Shown here: in pieces, positions 1 to 12,540 of the stretch | Numbering within the stretch: position 1 is the first letter of the stretch | How the letters are laid out: each line of letters opens with the position of its first letter | DNA from: Antedon mediterranea | Lineage: Eukaryota; Animalia; Echinodermata | Length of the DNA: 64,000 nt | NCBI RefSeq assembly: GCF_964355755.1 | Contig: NC_092675.1 | Location: 14,728,912-14,792,911 of the forward strand | Direction of reading: 5' to 3' | Position numbers and translations under genes: made by a program | The notes under the pieces: model-generated | The model's input: only the letters and a program-made list of their open reading frames with translations | The model's database searches: none | Told to the model about the DNA's origin: nothing

Positions 1-345
1 GATTATAAGACCATCCACAGACAAAGACAGGGGTGTAAGACCATCCACATACAAAGAAGGGATTATAAGACCACCCACAGACAAAGACAGGGGTGTAAGA
101 CCATCCACATACAAAGAAGGGGGTGTAGGACCATCCACAGAAAAAGAATGGGATGTAGGACCATCCACAGACAAAGAAGGGAGTGTAGGACCATCCACAG
201 ACAAAGAAGGGGTGTAAGACCATCTACAGACAAAGAAATGGGTGTAAGACCATCCACACATAAAGAAAGGGGTGTAATAATACCATCAACAGACACAGAA
301 GCGGGTATAAGACCATCCACAGACAAAGAAGGAGGGTTAGAACCA
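1..345. repeat. ~30-bp minisatellite (GGGTGTAAGACCATCCACAGACAAAGAAGG-like), about 11 units, running off the window edge
   Basis: Tandem units are directly visible. ORFs 63..326 and 148..351 are periodic by-products. Confidence 0.95.
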
Positions 346-779
346 TATTAACCGAGGAAGCATACAAAAATAAGATGCAATCAAAATAGGCCTACTCTTG
401 GAAAACAATACAATTGTAGAAAAACTGTGGCTTAATTGTTGAAATAGAAAGGGTTCTTTGTAAGGTCATTAATAATATATTGATATAAACACGATCACCA
501 TACTAGTCATTTGACAATCAAATACAGTCTATCTCGAAAAGAAGCTCACACTATCACCTTTTCGAGATTTTACGGTATTCAATAACATGTATGTTATTTC
601 CTCTGTCAAACTATTAAAACTTTTAGCGAATCAGAAGGTGCCAACATCATTAAACTAATGGTACCACCAAGCACAATGTTTACCAATTTTATGTACTATA
701 TACAATTTAAGTCCATTAATCATTTAATATAATTACGCCTATCAGGTTAAAGTTCAAAATTAGGTGCACTTTAGACCAA

Positions 780-1279
780 CAAAAACCACCTACAGTATAT
801 TCACATAATTAAAAATCAATAAATTAATGTCAAAGGTCATAAATTGTATTTCCGGTCATTTTATGTGAAAATGTTTCATTACTACAAATATAAATGTATT
901 TATTCTGAACAAAATGACACCAAATCGATTGAAAATGACCAGTAGTTAAAGAGATATACAAATACGAGGTCAAAGGTCAAACTGTAAGAAACGTCATTTC
1001 CGGTCATTTTTGGACGAAACTTTTTATTAGAGCAAATAGAAATATATAGTTTGTGAACAATTTGAGACCAGAATTAAGTCTCTAATGTGTATAGTTGCCA
1101 AGATGTGAACATTTTTTGCTTTTATGGTGGCCATTTTGAAATCAAGATGGCCGCCATACCGGACGTTGGACACTTGGCACCCCCCGATATTTTGAATCTA
1201 TATACATCAAAGAAACTTTGTGCCAAGTTTCATGCTTTGGTAATAAAATGCACAGCTCATGTCATTAACTGCTCTACTA
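780..1279. mobile_element. Terminal part of a non-autonomous DNA transposon with ~150-bp subterminal repeats (Academ-like)
   Basis: Contains TTCTGAACAA and AGGTCAAAGGTCA units shared with 32500-33995 and 36200-36800. It ends in ...GCTCTACTA (TAGTAG on the minus strand). Superfamily call is from TAG-type termini only. Confidence 0.5.
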
Positions 1280-1280
1280 T

Positions 1281-2043
1281 TACAGGTTAGTTTAGCCTAG
1301 TTGGGCTAACCTACCTCACCTCTCACATGCCTTCCTGATAAGTAGGCCGAAAACGCGACCAAAATTACTGGAACTCTAGCATACTAGCTAGGCCTAGATA
1401 GTAGTAGTGATCCGTAGTATAGTACCATGGAACTATAATAAATGGTAGACGTACTAGTACTGTGTAATATAGGCTAACACGTCTGGCTCTACGAGGCCTT
1501 TTTATGCTCATTGGATGGCTTTTTGGGCTTCCCAATGTAGGCCTATGCCTATAGCTAGGACAAATTTCTCATTCCTGCAGGCCTGTAGCCTATGCTCTAG
1601 TAGGGCGGCCGGGTGTACCCTGGTCGATTTCACCCCTGGTCGACTCGTACCCATGCCAACTCGTACTTAACTTCCTACCCTAAACTCGTATCCAACCAAG
1701 TAATTGGTTGATTTCCCGCTAGACTAGTAGGCCTAGCCTAGCTACAATATTCATTATGCCCTGCTAAAAAGGTAGATGAGCTACTAAACTAATTACGTAA
1801 TTCGTATAATAATAACAATAATTGACAAGAAGGCCTAAAAGCGGCGGAAAACACCTATCCATTCTTGCATGGCAGTACGAAAACCTGCCTATGGTGGTAC
1901 ATCATTGTAAATTGTCAACAGACACTGTGCTACAGACAGTGTACCGTGTGTTAAAAGTACAGCATTTATAGCAGACAACAACGTGTATAACTTGCTATAG
2001 TTTTACAGATAGCACCTACGGACAGTAGCAGAATCGGGTGGAA
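1281..2043. repeat. Dispersed repeat 'segment A', an uninterrupted copy of 13092-14811
   Basis: Near-identical to 13092-13423 plus 14385-14811. It carries the empty GGCCGGGTG site at about 1607-1615. Confidence 0.92.
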
Positions 2044-4420
2044 CTTGAGGGTCAGGTCAAATATAACGCCAAAGTTTTTTTCTTCCTCTTTGCCTGCAAA
2101 GCCTCCGCTGACATCGTATAATTGTACAATTCAAGGTTCCTGCCAAGATGCATAATGCAGCACTTATTGACGTTAAACTTCAACTGCCAAGTTTTTGCCC
2201 AATCGTTAGCAGCATCAATATCATGTTGGAGGGCTTCACGGTCAGCCCGACTCTTAATGTGATTGAACAGTTTTTTTTTCAAAGATCCGTTTAGCTTTCT
2301 TTGACTCATTTGAAGCTGCATTTCTTAATTTTGTATATTTCTCATAATCTTTGTAGTGCTTTGTAGCAGTATAACGCTTCCATGCATGGTACTTTTTCTT
2401 TATTTTAGCTAGAGCTTCCGTGTTCATCCATACTGCTGATTTTCTTTTCTTTTTGATTCCATCTTTCGGTTTAGTTTTGGGAATATTTGCTGAAGTTGCC
2501 TCATGTATTGCATCTATAAAAAAAACTCCATGCTGTGTTTACATCTTTATCATTCATTTCAGTCCAGTTGACTTCCTTTAAATCATTTCTTAAATTGTGA
2601 TAGTTTCCATTACAGAATTTAAATCTACTTGGTTGATAATCATCAATCTTACAATAACAGTTTAAATAAAATTCAAGAATTACATGATCACTTTTTCCAA
2701 GTGGGCTGTATTCAGATACTTCATCAATTAGTAGTTCATCGTTCACAATGATTAAATCTAACAGACTTGGTCTATTACCATCTCTATATTACGGTGGCCT
2801 ATAAGTGTCACGGCAACTTTCAAAAAATATCACGGCAACTTTAAAAAAAAGCCACGGCAATTTGAAAAAAGCCACGGCAATTTGAAAAAAAGCCACGGCA
2901 AATTAAAAATAAAACATCACGGCAAATTAAAAATAAAACATCGCGGCAATTTAACAAAAATACCACGGCAACTTAAAAATTAAACACCACGGCAAATTAG
3001 TATTGAAACACCACGGCAAATTAGTAATGAAACACCACGGCAAATTACAGAATGCCACGGCGGAAGTGAGTTACCACGGCGGAAGTGAAACCTTTGGAAT
3101 CTTCGATTTTTTCTGAGGTAAGTAATTATTTGTGCATTGAAGTAAATATTATTATATTAATTTATTATATTTAACTGCAGCATTTACGTGTTTATTGCAC
3201 TAGGCCTAGCTATGCCTACTACTAGCCCTAGGCCTTAGGCCTACAGTAGTAGCTAGGTCTACTGTAAAAACAGCTTGTTATATAAAAAACAGATTACTGT
3301 AAATATATTAAAACATTGTAGAATGTTATAGGGCCTACCTTGTAATAAGGCCTATGGTATAGCCCGGCCTAGAAAGTTCAAGAAGAGTGCAATAAACACG
3401 TAAACTGCTGCAGTTAAATAAATTAATATAATATTTACATCAAAGCACAAATAATTACTTACCTCAGAAAAAATCGAAGATTCCAAAGGTTTCACTTCCG
3501 CCGTGGTAACTCACTTCCGCCGTGGCATTCTGTAATTTGCCGTGGTGTTTCACTATTAATTTGCCGTGGTGTTTCAATACTAATTTGCCGTGGTGTTTCA
3601 TTTTTAAGTTACCCTGGTATTTTTGTTAAATTGCCGCGATGTTTTATTTTTAATTTGCCGTGATGTTTTAGTTTTAATTTGCCGTGGCTTTTTTCAAATT
3701 GCCGTGACTTTTTTTCAAATTGCCGTGGCTTTTTTCAAATTGCCGTGGCTTTTTTTCAAATTGCCGTGGCTTTTTTCAAATTGCCGTGGCTTTTTTTGAA
3801 AAAATTGCCGTGATATTTTTTTTAAGTTGCCGTGACACTTATAGGCCACCGTACTATATCTTGTATTTCGGTTAGATAATTGGTAAAGGAAGTTGTCCTG
3901 AAGACAATCAACAAGCTTGCTACTACCATGATTCTCACTAGCTCTCGAAATCCACGATGTCCAGTCTATCTCTCTATAATTGAAATCACCAGTTATCAAA
4001 AGATAAGGGTACTTCCTTCCACAGGCTGTTGATATCAAATCTAACAATGCATTATTATTCTCTTTGGAAGAGTTTGGACTTCTATATATGCATCCCACTA
4101 ATATATTTTCTTCATTTTCAAGTCTGATCTCGCACCAGACACTTTCATTAAAGTTGTTTACTTGTGTGTCGAAGTTTACATTTGTTGCTTTTAGCGCCTT
4201 ATTTGTATATATACAAACTCCTCTGCCCTGCTGGTCTGTTATAAACATGTCATACCCATTTAGCTGAAGGACTGTTGTACCGATATCACTACTTCGTCGC
4301 TTAGGATATACTTCTGTAATTGCTAGAATATCCGGTGCATCAGTTTTGCTGCTTAAGTAGCTCTCTAGTTCTGCTTTTTTGTTGATTAGATCATCTACAT
4401 TTTGTATACACACAATATAG
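2044..4420 (-). pseudogene. CR1-clade LINE ORF2 remnant: APE endonuclease plus the RT C-terminal part, with the RT core deleted
   Basis: Motifs ILAITE, VGCIYRSP, ITGDFN, LLDLII, LGKSDH, then LQHDID..WQLKFNVNKC. Removing the 2790-3853 insert and one TSD restores NTRYRDGNRPSLLDL. Confidence 0.9.
2790..3853. mobile_element. Foldback MITE, IS3EU-like (1064 bp, ~410-bp TIRs with ~21-bp subrepeats)
   Basis: Termini TACGGTGGCCTATAAGTGTCACGG / CCGTGACACTTATAGGCCACCGTA. 6-bp TSD CTATAT at 2784-2789 and 3854-3859. TAY..RTA ends with a 6-bp TSD match IS3EU. Confidence 0.85.
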
Positions 4421-4829
4421 TTTCTTTTTACTATTGAGGTCCTTTTTATTGGCTCGTAAGATATCTTCTGTATCATCACTCGATCCACTTGTATCATTGA
4501 AACTATTGTAGTGATTTTGGGGTAGAAGGAACAGATAGAGGGCGGCAGATGGAGGCATAGTTAGGCAGGAGGAGAAGCAGAGAACGGACGTGAGAAAAAG
4601 GGCAGAGAGGGATTGGAGAAGGAAGGCAATGGAGGGTTACCTCGAGCTGCGTTAAAAAGGAGGGAGAGATTGGAACTGGAAAAGCGGAGAAGCAGGGAGA
4701 AGACGTGTTAAATAAGTAGGGACATTAGAGAAATTGGAAAACAAAGTGTAGAGAAGATTAGAGAAAAGAAAGAGAAAATTAGAGTTGAATAATAAAAGGA
4801 GAGTTAAGACACAGCCAGTAAAGTTAGCC

Positions 4830-5020
4830 GGAGGGTACAGCCTACCGCTTGTGCTACTGTTGGAGACATAGTGAGCCGGAGGTTGCACCTACTGTACTGG
4901 TTGTATCACTATTTGAGACATAGTGAGCCGGAGGTTGCACCTACTGTACTGGTTGTATTACTATTTGAGACATAGCTGAGCCGGAGGTTGCACCTACTGG
5001 TTGTGTTACTGCTTGAGATA
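4830..5020. repeat. ~52-bp tandem repeat, about 3 copies
   Basis: GAGACATAGTGAGCCGGAGGTTGCACCTACTGTACTGGTTGTAT is repeated. Confidence 0.85.
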
Positions 5021-5119
5021 CAGTTAGCCTGTGGTACACCCTGTGGTTGTGATACTGCTTTGCTGGTGGGTACACCTATTAGCCAGTGGTTAAGACTACT
5101 GGTGGTTACCCTGTTAGCC

Positions 5120-5620
5120 GGTACGTGGTTACGCCATTGTTGGTGGTTACGTTGCCGTTGGAGGTTACACCGTTGTTGGTGGTTACGTTGCTGTGGAGGT
5201 TACACCATTGTTGGTGGTTACGTTGCTGTGGAGGTTACACCATTGTTGGTAGTTACGTGCTGTGGAGGTTACACCATTGTTGGTGGTTACGTTGCTATGG
5301 AGGTTACACCATTGTGTTGGTGTACGTTGCTGTGGAGGTTACACCATTGTGTTGGTGTACGTTGCTGTTGGAGGTTACACCGTTGTTGGTGGTTACGTTG
5401 CTGTGTGTGGAGGTTACACCATTGTTGGCGGTTACGTTGCTGTGGAGGTTACACCATTGTTGGTGGTTACGTTGCTGTGGAGGTTACACCATTGTTGGTG
5501 GTTACGTGCTGTGGAGGTTACACATTGTTGGTGGTTACGTTGCTGTTGGAGGTTACACCATTGTTGGTGGTTACGCTACTATTGGAGGTTACGTCATTAC
5601 TGGTGGTTACGCTGTTGTTT
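5120..5620. repeat. 35/36-bp minisatellite (GGAGGTTACACCATTGTTGGTGGTTACGTTGCTGT)
   Basis: About 14 visible units. Three overlapping repetitive ORFs arise from it. Confidence 0.95.
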
Positions 5621-6031
5621 CAAGTCTGGCGTAATAGCAGAACTAATCTAATTACAGTAATTATTATAATCGGTTGTTACCAATAATTTGGAATCAGAGA
5701 AGAATAAAGGTCACTCCAAAAATTGTAATTTGATTTGTTTGTTTCATTCGAGTGTACCGTGGTACCGCAGACCCCTCCCCACAAAAGGGAACGAACCCGA
5801 GAATGGATTTTCGTTACACTATTGTGGTCTTCCAAGATAACATCATTTCTTGAATCAGAATAAGAACATAAATAGTTATTTTCTTTATCACTTCTATTTG
5901 ACGAAACTGAAACATTTTCTTCAGGACTTATTTTGTTATTGGACTCGGAACATAAATAATGTGTTTCTTTATTACTAATTGTAGATGAAACTAAACAACT
6001 TTCTTTGGTACTAAATATGTAAAGGTTTCTG

Positions 6032-6226
6032 CTATATTGGAAAGGGCTGGTTGCCCTTTATTGATCCTTCTTTAGCGTTAAAATTTACACGTTCTTTAGA
6101 CAGATCAACGATTTTACCTCTTCTTATAGCTAAGGACTCATTGCCTTCTTCATTTCGTCTGAATGATAGCGTCTCCCTTAACAGCTTGTTTTTCTCCCTC
6201 TCCTTTTGGGTCAGGTCTGGCGTGAC
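6032..6226 (-). pseudogene. C-terminus of a CR1-type LINE ORF1 (not in the ORF track)
   Basis: Manual translation VTPDLTQKEREKNKLLRETLSFRRNEEGNESLAIRRGKIVDL...FPI* resembles the PDLT..ERE...IR.GKIV end of invertebrate CR1 ORF1. Same strand as, and upstream of, the ORF2 remnant. Confidence 0.7.
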
Positions 6227-6228
6227 AT

Positions 6229-9200
6229 GTATGTTTGCATATAATGCAACTAAAATGTATGTACAGACTTTGTTTTGGCCTCAAATGACTCGGATACAGA
6301 TTTTATATAGCCAGTATAAGTCAAGCACCTCGAAAGTATGCAAATTAGTAGTACAAGCTATATGAAATATGCAAATTACAGTGAATTGCCTTATGTATCT
6401 CAAAAACGCTAATGACCGAGAGAGAGAGATATGGCAACTTTCTTGTACTACTGATTTGCATACTTTCAAGCGAAGTAACAGAGGTGTGATTTTGAAAATT
6501 ACTAAACAGTTCTATGCTGGCTATAGAAAACCTGTATCTGGGTCATTATTGAAAAAAAAATTTATCGAAAGTATGACATTTGACCCTCGAACCTATTTCT
6601 CAATATTTGCATGTAATGCAACTAAAATGTATGTACATACTTTGTTTTGGCCTCAAATGACTTGGATACAGGTTTTATATAGCCAGTATAGGATCGTTTA
6701 GTAATTCCAAAAGTCAAGCAACTCGAAAGTATGCAAATTATTAGTACAAGTTATATGAAATATGCAAATTACAGCCTTATGTATCTCGAAAAACGCTAAT
6801 GACCGATAGAGATATGGCAACTTTCATCTCTTGTACTACTAATTTTCATATTTTCTAGGGAAGTAACAAAGGTGTGATTTTGAGAATTACTACAGTTCTA
6901 TGCTGGCTATAGAAAACCTGTATCTGAGTCATTTGAGGCCAAAACAGTCTGTACAGATATTTTAGTTGAATTATATGAAAATATTGAGAAATAGGGTCAA
7001 GGGTCAAATGTCATAATTCAATCAAGACAATTTTTGCATAAAATGTTTCATTACAGCGAATATAAATATGTACATTCTGAATCAACTCTGAATTCAAATC
7101 AACTCTCTAGCATTAATGGTTTTTGAGATATGGGAAGACTGTAATTTCACCCCTAATTTGCATATTTCATGTAACTTGTACTAATAATTTGCATACTTTC
7201 AAGGTATGTGACAAAGAGGTGATTTTGGGAATTACAAAGAGGTCCTATGCTGACAATAGGAAAACTGTATCCGAGTCATTTGAGTCCAAAAAAATTATCT
7301 ACAGACATTTTAGTCGCATTATCAGTGGGACAGCCAGTCGACAAATCGTGTCAAATTTCGACTCGGAGAGGGCGCCCTACTTTTCTAATTTAGTTGAAAA
7401 TTGCTCAATTTTAGGGTGTTGGAAAAACACAATATTTGTAAATTTAGCTGATTATCGGAAAAATATTGTTAGTGAAATAAATTCATAAATGGTTTTAATA
7501 TATTGTCATGTAAAATTAAATGTATTTGAACAAAACGATAATCTGTAATTTAACGGCAAAATCAACCAATGTCTTTTTTCCGAAATTGTACCCTAGAAAA
7601 TCATTAAAATAAAATGTTTAGAAAAATTGAACAGTCCTGAATTTAAAATCCCTGTTAGAAAAATTAATAATCTACAGAATACGATATTAAGATACAAAAT
7701 TCGGTGGTTGGGATGCAGCTCCGACTATTCAAACTAAAGGTACCACTATTTGTTCCATCGAAAACTAGCGAAACCGCCATTTTGTAAACTCATCGTCATC
7801 GTGTTTATGAATTTATTTATAGCGAACGATATACGCGATGTTTATAATTGTCCGCGTATAAGAATTCATATAAATAAATACATTCCAATACAACGTATAT
7901 TATTACTTGTTTATTTATCACAGTATACATTTTAGTTGAGGAATATTTATCATAACTATTATAATAGCTTTTATACGAGTCCGAGGCCTAGCCCTATTAG
8001 CGAGCGATGGTTCCAGGGGCGGAAAGTCACTTAGTGACGTTGTGATCGGGCGCGTCGGGCCTAGCTAATACTAATAATATGACCTGAAATAAGCGGCTAA
8101 CAAGAACTGTTATATACTTGCTTACAATTGTTTTGCTATTGATGAACAAACAAGCAATTAGATTGAATAACAAATTATTTATTCATTTTTTTTGGGTAAA
8201 AACATGTACAAACTAGTAGTAGTAGTACTGTATACTATAATATAAATTAATACATTGTAGTATAAATATTAAACTAATTCAGTATTAATAATAATAAAAT
8301 ATAAAATAGGCCTAACATACAATAAATATTCAATTTTTAAGGTCTACCACATGACAATAACATAATTTACAGAGTATAGTGTAGTAGGTTTGCATTCAAC
8401 ATAAATATTTGTATTGTAATATTCATCTAAATCCTCTGCAACATACATTTTTGTAATTCAACATTTTGTTTTAAATAATTAAATTATAGTTTGGGTATGA
8501 CAGTGTCATCTTTTTATCCACTTCACTCTCAGTTTGAAGTCACACAGAAAAAGAACTCTGCATCATCAACGATTCCTGAAAGTGTCAGAAAAAATAATAA
8601 ATATTATTTTAAAAAATGTTAATGTCTGGTTGTATATATAATTATAATATATTATATGATGACATAAAAGTAAGGCAAATGGAAGCTGTATTTTATTAAT
8701 TAAATTACAGTATTTACTATTATTATTTATAATCTAGGCCTAGGCCTACTAGTAGCCTAGCTAGGCATCTATTGAGCCTAATAAATCAAATAATATATTA
8801 ATACTGATTGAAAAAAAGTATTTTTTGGGGGGGATCAGATCACCAGGCTAGGCCGGCCAGGACCAATGATACTCGTAATCAGTACAACTTAACGACTATC
8901 GGATCAGCATCAACACAGTACAACACACGTCTCGCTATCGCCTATACTGACACACGTGTCTCGCGTTGCCGAAACCACGCTCACAGCTAGAAAATGTACC
9001 TACCTTTCGAGGCCTGAGAATACACCAACAAATTTTGAACAGGATAGAAATATATCATACTCGATTAAACTAATATTATTCTTGATAAAACAATTGATTA
9101 TAATTGTTTTAATTTGTTGGGATGCACCTCCGACTATTCAGAAAATGGACAACAAAACAGTAGTCAAATCGTACCACATTTATAAATTTCACGAGTCCCG

Positions 9201-10500
9201 ACTTCAGTCGCCGAATGTATTGTATTAGCTTCGGTTTCTTTGAAAGAAACCGATTGGTTATTCAATTATACTTATTAGGAAATGCTTTTACCATAATAGG
9301 TAATGTTGGGCGGTTCTTAAATATTCATGAGAGCTTAAAATAAAACAGCACTTATTTGCTAGGCGACGAAAAATCGTGGTTTCAGTTTTCAACGATAGGT
9401 GGCGCTTCAAAATCGTCAATGCGGAAGTAAGTCGATTTTACACGATTTAACGGTCAAAACGCGAAGTGGCTTTCCCACTGTTATGTATGCAAACATTGAT
9501 AAATAGGGTCAAGGGTCAATTGTTGTATTTCCAGTCATTTTTCGTAAAATGTTTCATTAGAGCAAATATAAATATGTACATTCTGAACAAGTTTTTGAAA
9601 AAATCAACTCTCTACCTTAGCGGTTTTCGATACATATAGGAACCTGTAATTTCACCCCCTAATTTGCATATTTCATGTAACTTGTACTAATAATTTGCAT
9701 ACTTTGAAGGTGAGTGATACAGGTGTGATTTTGAGATTTACTAAACATTCCTATGTTGGCTATTAGAAACCTGTATCCGAGTCATTTGAGGGCAAAACAA
9801 AGTCTCTACAGACATTTTAGTTTTCATTATAATATGCAATATTGAGAAATGGGGTCGAGGGTCAAATGTTATAGTTCCGGGAATTTTTTTGTAAAATGTC
9901 TCATTACAGCAAATATAAATATATACATTTTAAATATTTTAGTGAAAAAATCAACACTCTAGCATTAGCGGTTTTCGAGATATGGCAACGGTGTAATTTC
10001 ACTCCCTTATTTGCATATTTAATATTACTTGTACTACTAATTTGCATACTTTCGAGGTGCGTGACGAAGTTGTGATTTTAGGAATTATAATACAGTTCTA
10101 TGGTGGGTATTGAAAAACAATATCCAAGTCATTGAGTCCAAAATAAAGTCTCTACAGACATTTTAATCACATATTTATGTAAATATTGAGAAATGGGGTC
10201 AATGGTCAAAATTTGGTACTTCCGGACATTTTTATGTAAAATGTCTCATTAGAGCAAATATAAATATATATATTCTGAACCAGACTGTGCAAAAATGAAC
10301 TCTCTACAATTAGTAGTTTTTAAGATATGGTAACCCTGTAATTTCACCCTAATTTGCATATTTTTTAAGCTAATTTGCATACCTTCGGGATGAGTGTCAG
10401 AGGTGTGATGCTCAAAAAATAATTACCTTATCATATGTAACCATTTAAAAAAAAATCTCTGTTTGCAATTTGTTTCACTCAAAATGCTAGATTGACTAGC
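6229..10500. repeat. ~350-bp complex satellite-like repeat with direct and inverted blocks, split by the 7323-9480 insertion
   Basis: Recurrent ATTTGCATATTTCATGTAACTTGTACTAATAATTTGCATAC and GGGTCAAGGGTCA blocks in both orientations. Confidence 0.85.
7323..9480. mobile_element. Non-autonomous DNA transposon, unclassified (2158 bp)
   Basis: Imperfect TIRs CAGTGGGACAGCCA / TGGCTTTCCCACTG. 4-bp TSD TTAT at 7319-7322 and 9481-9484. The host satellite is continuous across it. Confidence 0.75.
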
Positions 10501-10502
10501 CT

Positions 10503-11269
10503 ACATGTAATATTGGAGTACGACAAGGGGAAAACTTTTCACCACTTTTGTTTACGATTTACCTTAATGCTTTCGAATTTTTTGTTAGTCGTTACTATAA
10601 AGGCCCGGATTACCTATCCAAAGAATTCAACAAGGTTTTAAGTGATGATGATGTAGAAGTTTTCCTCAAATTATATGTTTTATTGTATGAGGATGATACA
10701 ATTGTTATGGCAGAAAGTCCCACAGAACATCAGAATGCATTAAAAGCTATTCATAATTATTGTGGTATGTGGAACCTCATAGTTAACACGACAAAAACAA
10801 AAATTATTTTATTCTCTAGAGGTAAAGTTAGAAATAAACCCATGTTTATGTTTGGTGATGAACAAATTGAGATTGTAGATGATTACATTTATTTAAGGAC
10901 AACCTTTAATTTAATGGCAAATTTAATAAAGCTATTGACAAGCAAGTAACACCAGCCAAAAGAGCAATGTACAGTACAAAAGCCAAACAATTAAATCTTC
11001 CGTTAGACATTGTGTGTGAACTGTCTGACCAGCTCGTTTTGCCAATGTTGGTATATGGTTGCGAAGTTTGGCGATTCTAAAAGCTTGATCAGATCGAGGT
11101 CTTTTACAGGAAATGTTTAAAGCATATTATTCTCAGACTTAATAAATCAACTGCAAATTGTATGGTCTATGGTTAGTCGGTAGAGGAAATATTAATTTAG
11201 TAATTGATAAAAGAATGTTACAGTTTTGGGTACGCATCATAAGTAGCAAATAAAGCAAATTGTCAAATA
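10503..11269 (+). pseudogene. RTE-X LINE RT fragment
   Basis: GVRQGENFSPLLF, VLLYEDDT, LIVNTTKTKI, and LVYGCEVW in a downstream frame. Multiple stops and frameshifts. Confidence 0.85.
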
Positions 11270-12469
11270 CTAGATGGTACGCTCGCTTCGCTGGCGTACC
11301 ATCTAGGTCGTGCCCACAGGTGGTTCTCGAATACATAGTAATTTCAGCGTAAAAAAACTGGCGATTTCAAATGTATTTAGGACTACAATATCGTCGTTTA
11401 CAGAAACGAATAAATAGACGCAATGATTTATGTAGTCAACCAAAATTAGCACCCTGGGAATTACTTCTGAAAGAGAAACTTGTCACAAAATGAGCCCAAA
11501 TTTTTTATTTTGACTAATTTAAACAAACCCAATTTGTGTTTTGTATCTAACATTAGGGTTGGGGATGAGGATAGGTACAAAGAGGAGAAATTTTTTAATA
11601 TATTCTTTATCCACTCAGTAACGAAACATTTTTTCATGTTTTATAGGCCTATAAATAATATACCACTAAATAGAGTAAAACATTTCCGATTTAATACTTT
11701 GTTAAAACTGTCACTGCCATAGTCGATTGAAATAGTAAAGTACATGTAACGATACACCACTACGACGTTTATCTTTTTTATAATTACTAATTAATACAAT
11801 AAACAGTAACCACATTCACAGTAAGAAAATTTCGATTCAAATGGCAACCAAAATGGTTATTACGTACAGTATTTACAATATTGTCAAAGTATTGCGATGC
11901 TATATCTCAGTTTTAAGTTTATTCTCAAAGGGCCCATAAATTTACCTACTTGTGTTAAACCATGGAGGGCTCATAAATTTACCTACAAACTGGGAGTCTG
12001 CGAGATTGGAATGTTCCATTCATCGCAAATCAATACATTTGTATAAACGTATATTAAATCTATTAAAATAGTATTTTTTAAGAAAATCGGCATGTCTTCA
12101 ACATTATGATACTGTACGCGAGCTGTTCAACCGGTTTTCAGTTATTAAAAACAATTATCCTAGGAGGACATAAGAAAATGCGAAGTATCCTCGTATTTTT
12201 GTGTGCAGGTATTTTTTGAGAGTACATCTATTAGACAGTGTATACTACGGTCGGAAAACACCCCTATTTGGGGCAAATCGTTCAACCTAAATTCGTTTTA
12301 ATTGTCAATAACTAATTATCTAACTCAATTTAATTAATTTAAACAGGGTTACATCTGGTGGTTTAAATCAGTACCGAGATTCTAACCAACTTTATATACC
12401 ATCGAGTAAACATTCTAGAAATAACGCGCGATTTACCGAATTTTGCCCTTACGTAAATTTATATATAGA
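11270..12469 (-). mobile_element. Non-autonomous Helitron, copy 1
   Basis: Minus strand reads 5'-TCTATATAT... and ends in a GC-rich hairpin + CTAG|T. No TSD. Homologous along its length to 31134-32476. Confidence 0.85.
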
Positions 12470-12540
12470 CTAGATGGTACGCTCGCTTCGCTCGCGTACC
12501 ATCTAGGTCGTGCCCACAGATGGTTCTTGAATACATAATA
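12470..12540 (-). mobile_element. 3' end of a second Helitron, abutting the 5' end of copy 1
   Basis: CTAGATGGTACGCTCGCTTCGCTCGCGTACCATCTAGGTCGTGCCCACAG starts immediately after ...TATATAGA. Confidence 0.8.

Noticed and set aside
63-351. Two repetitive ORFs
   Set aside because: They are by-products of the 30-bp minisatellite.
2805-3070. CRISPR-like regular short repeats (also 1-345 and 32900-33800)
   Set aside because: There are no unique spacers and no cas genes, and the context is eukaryotic. They are TIR subrepeats or satellites.
4988-5686. Three overlapping Cys/Trp/Val-rich ORFs
   Set aside because: They are frame-shifted translations of the 35/36-bp minisatellite.
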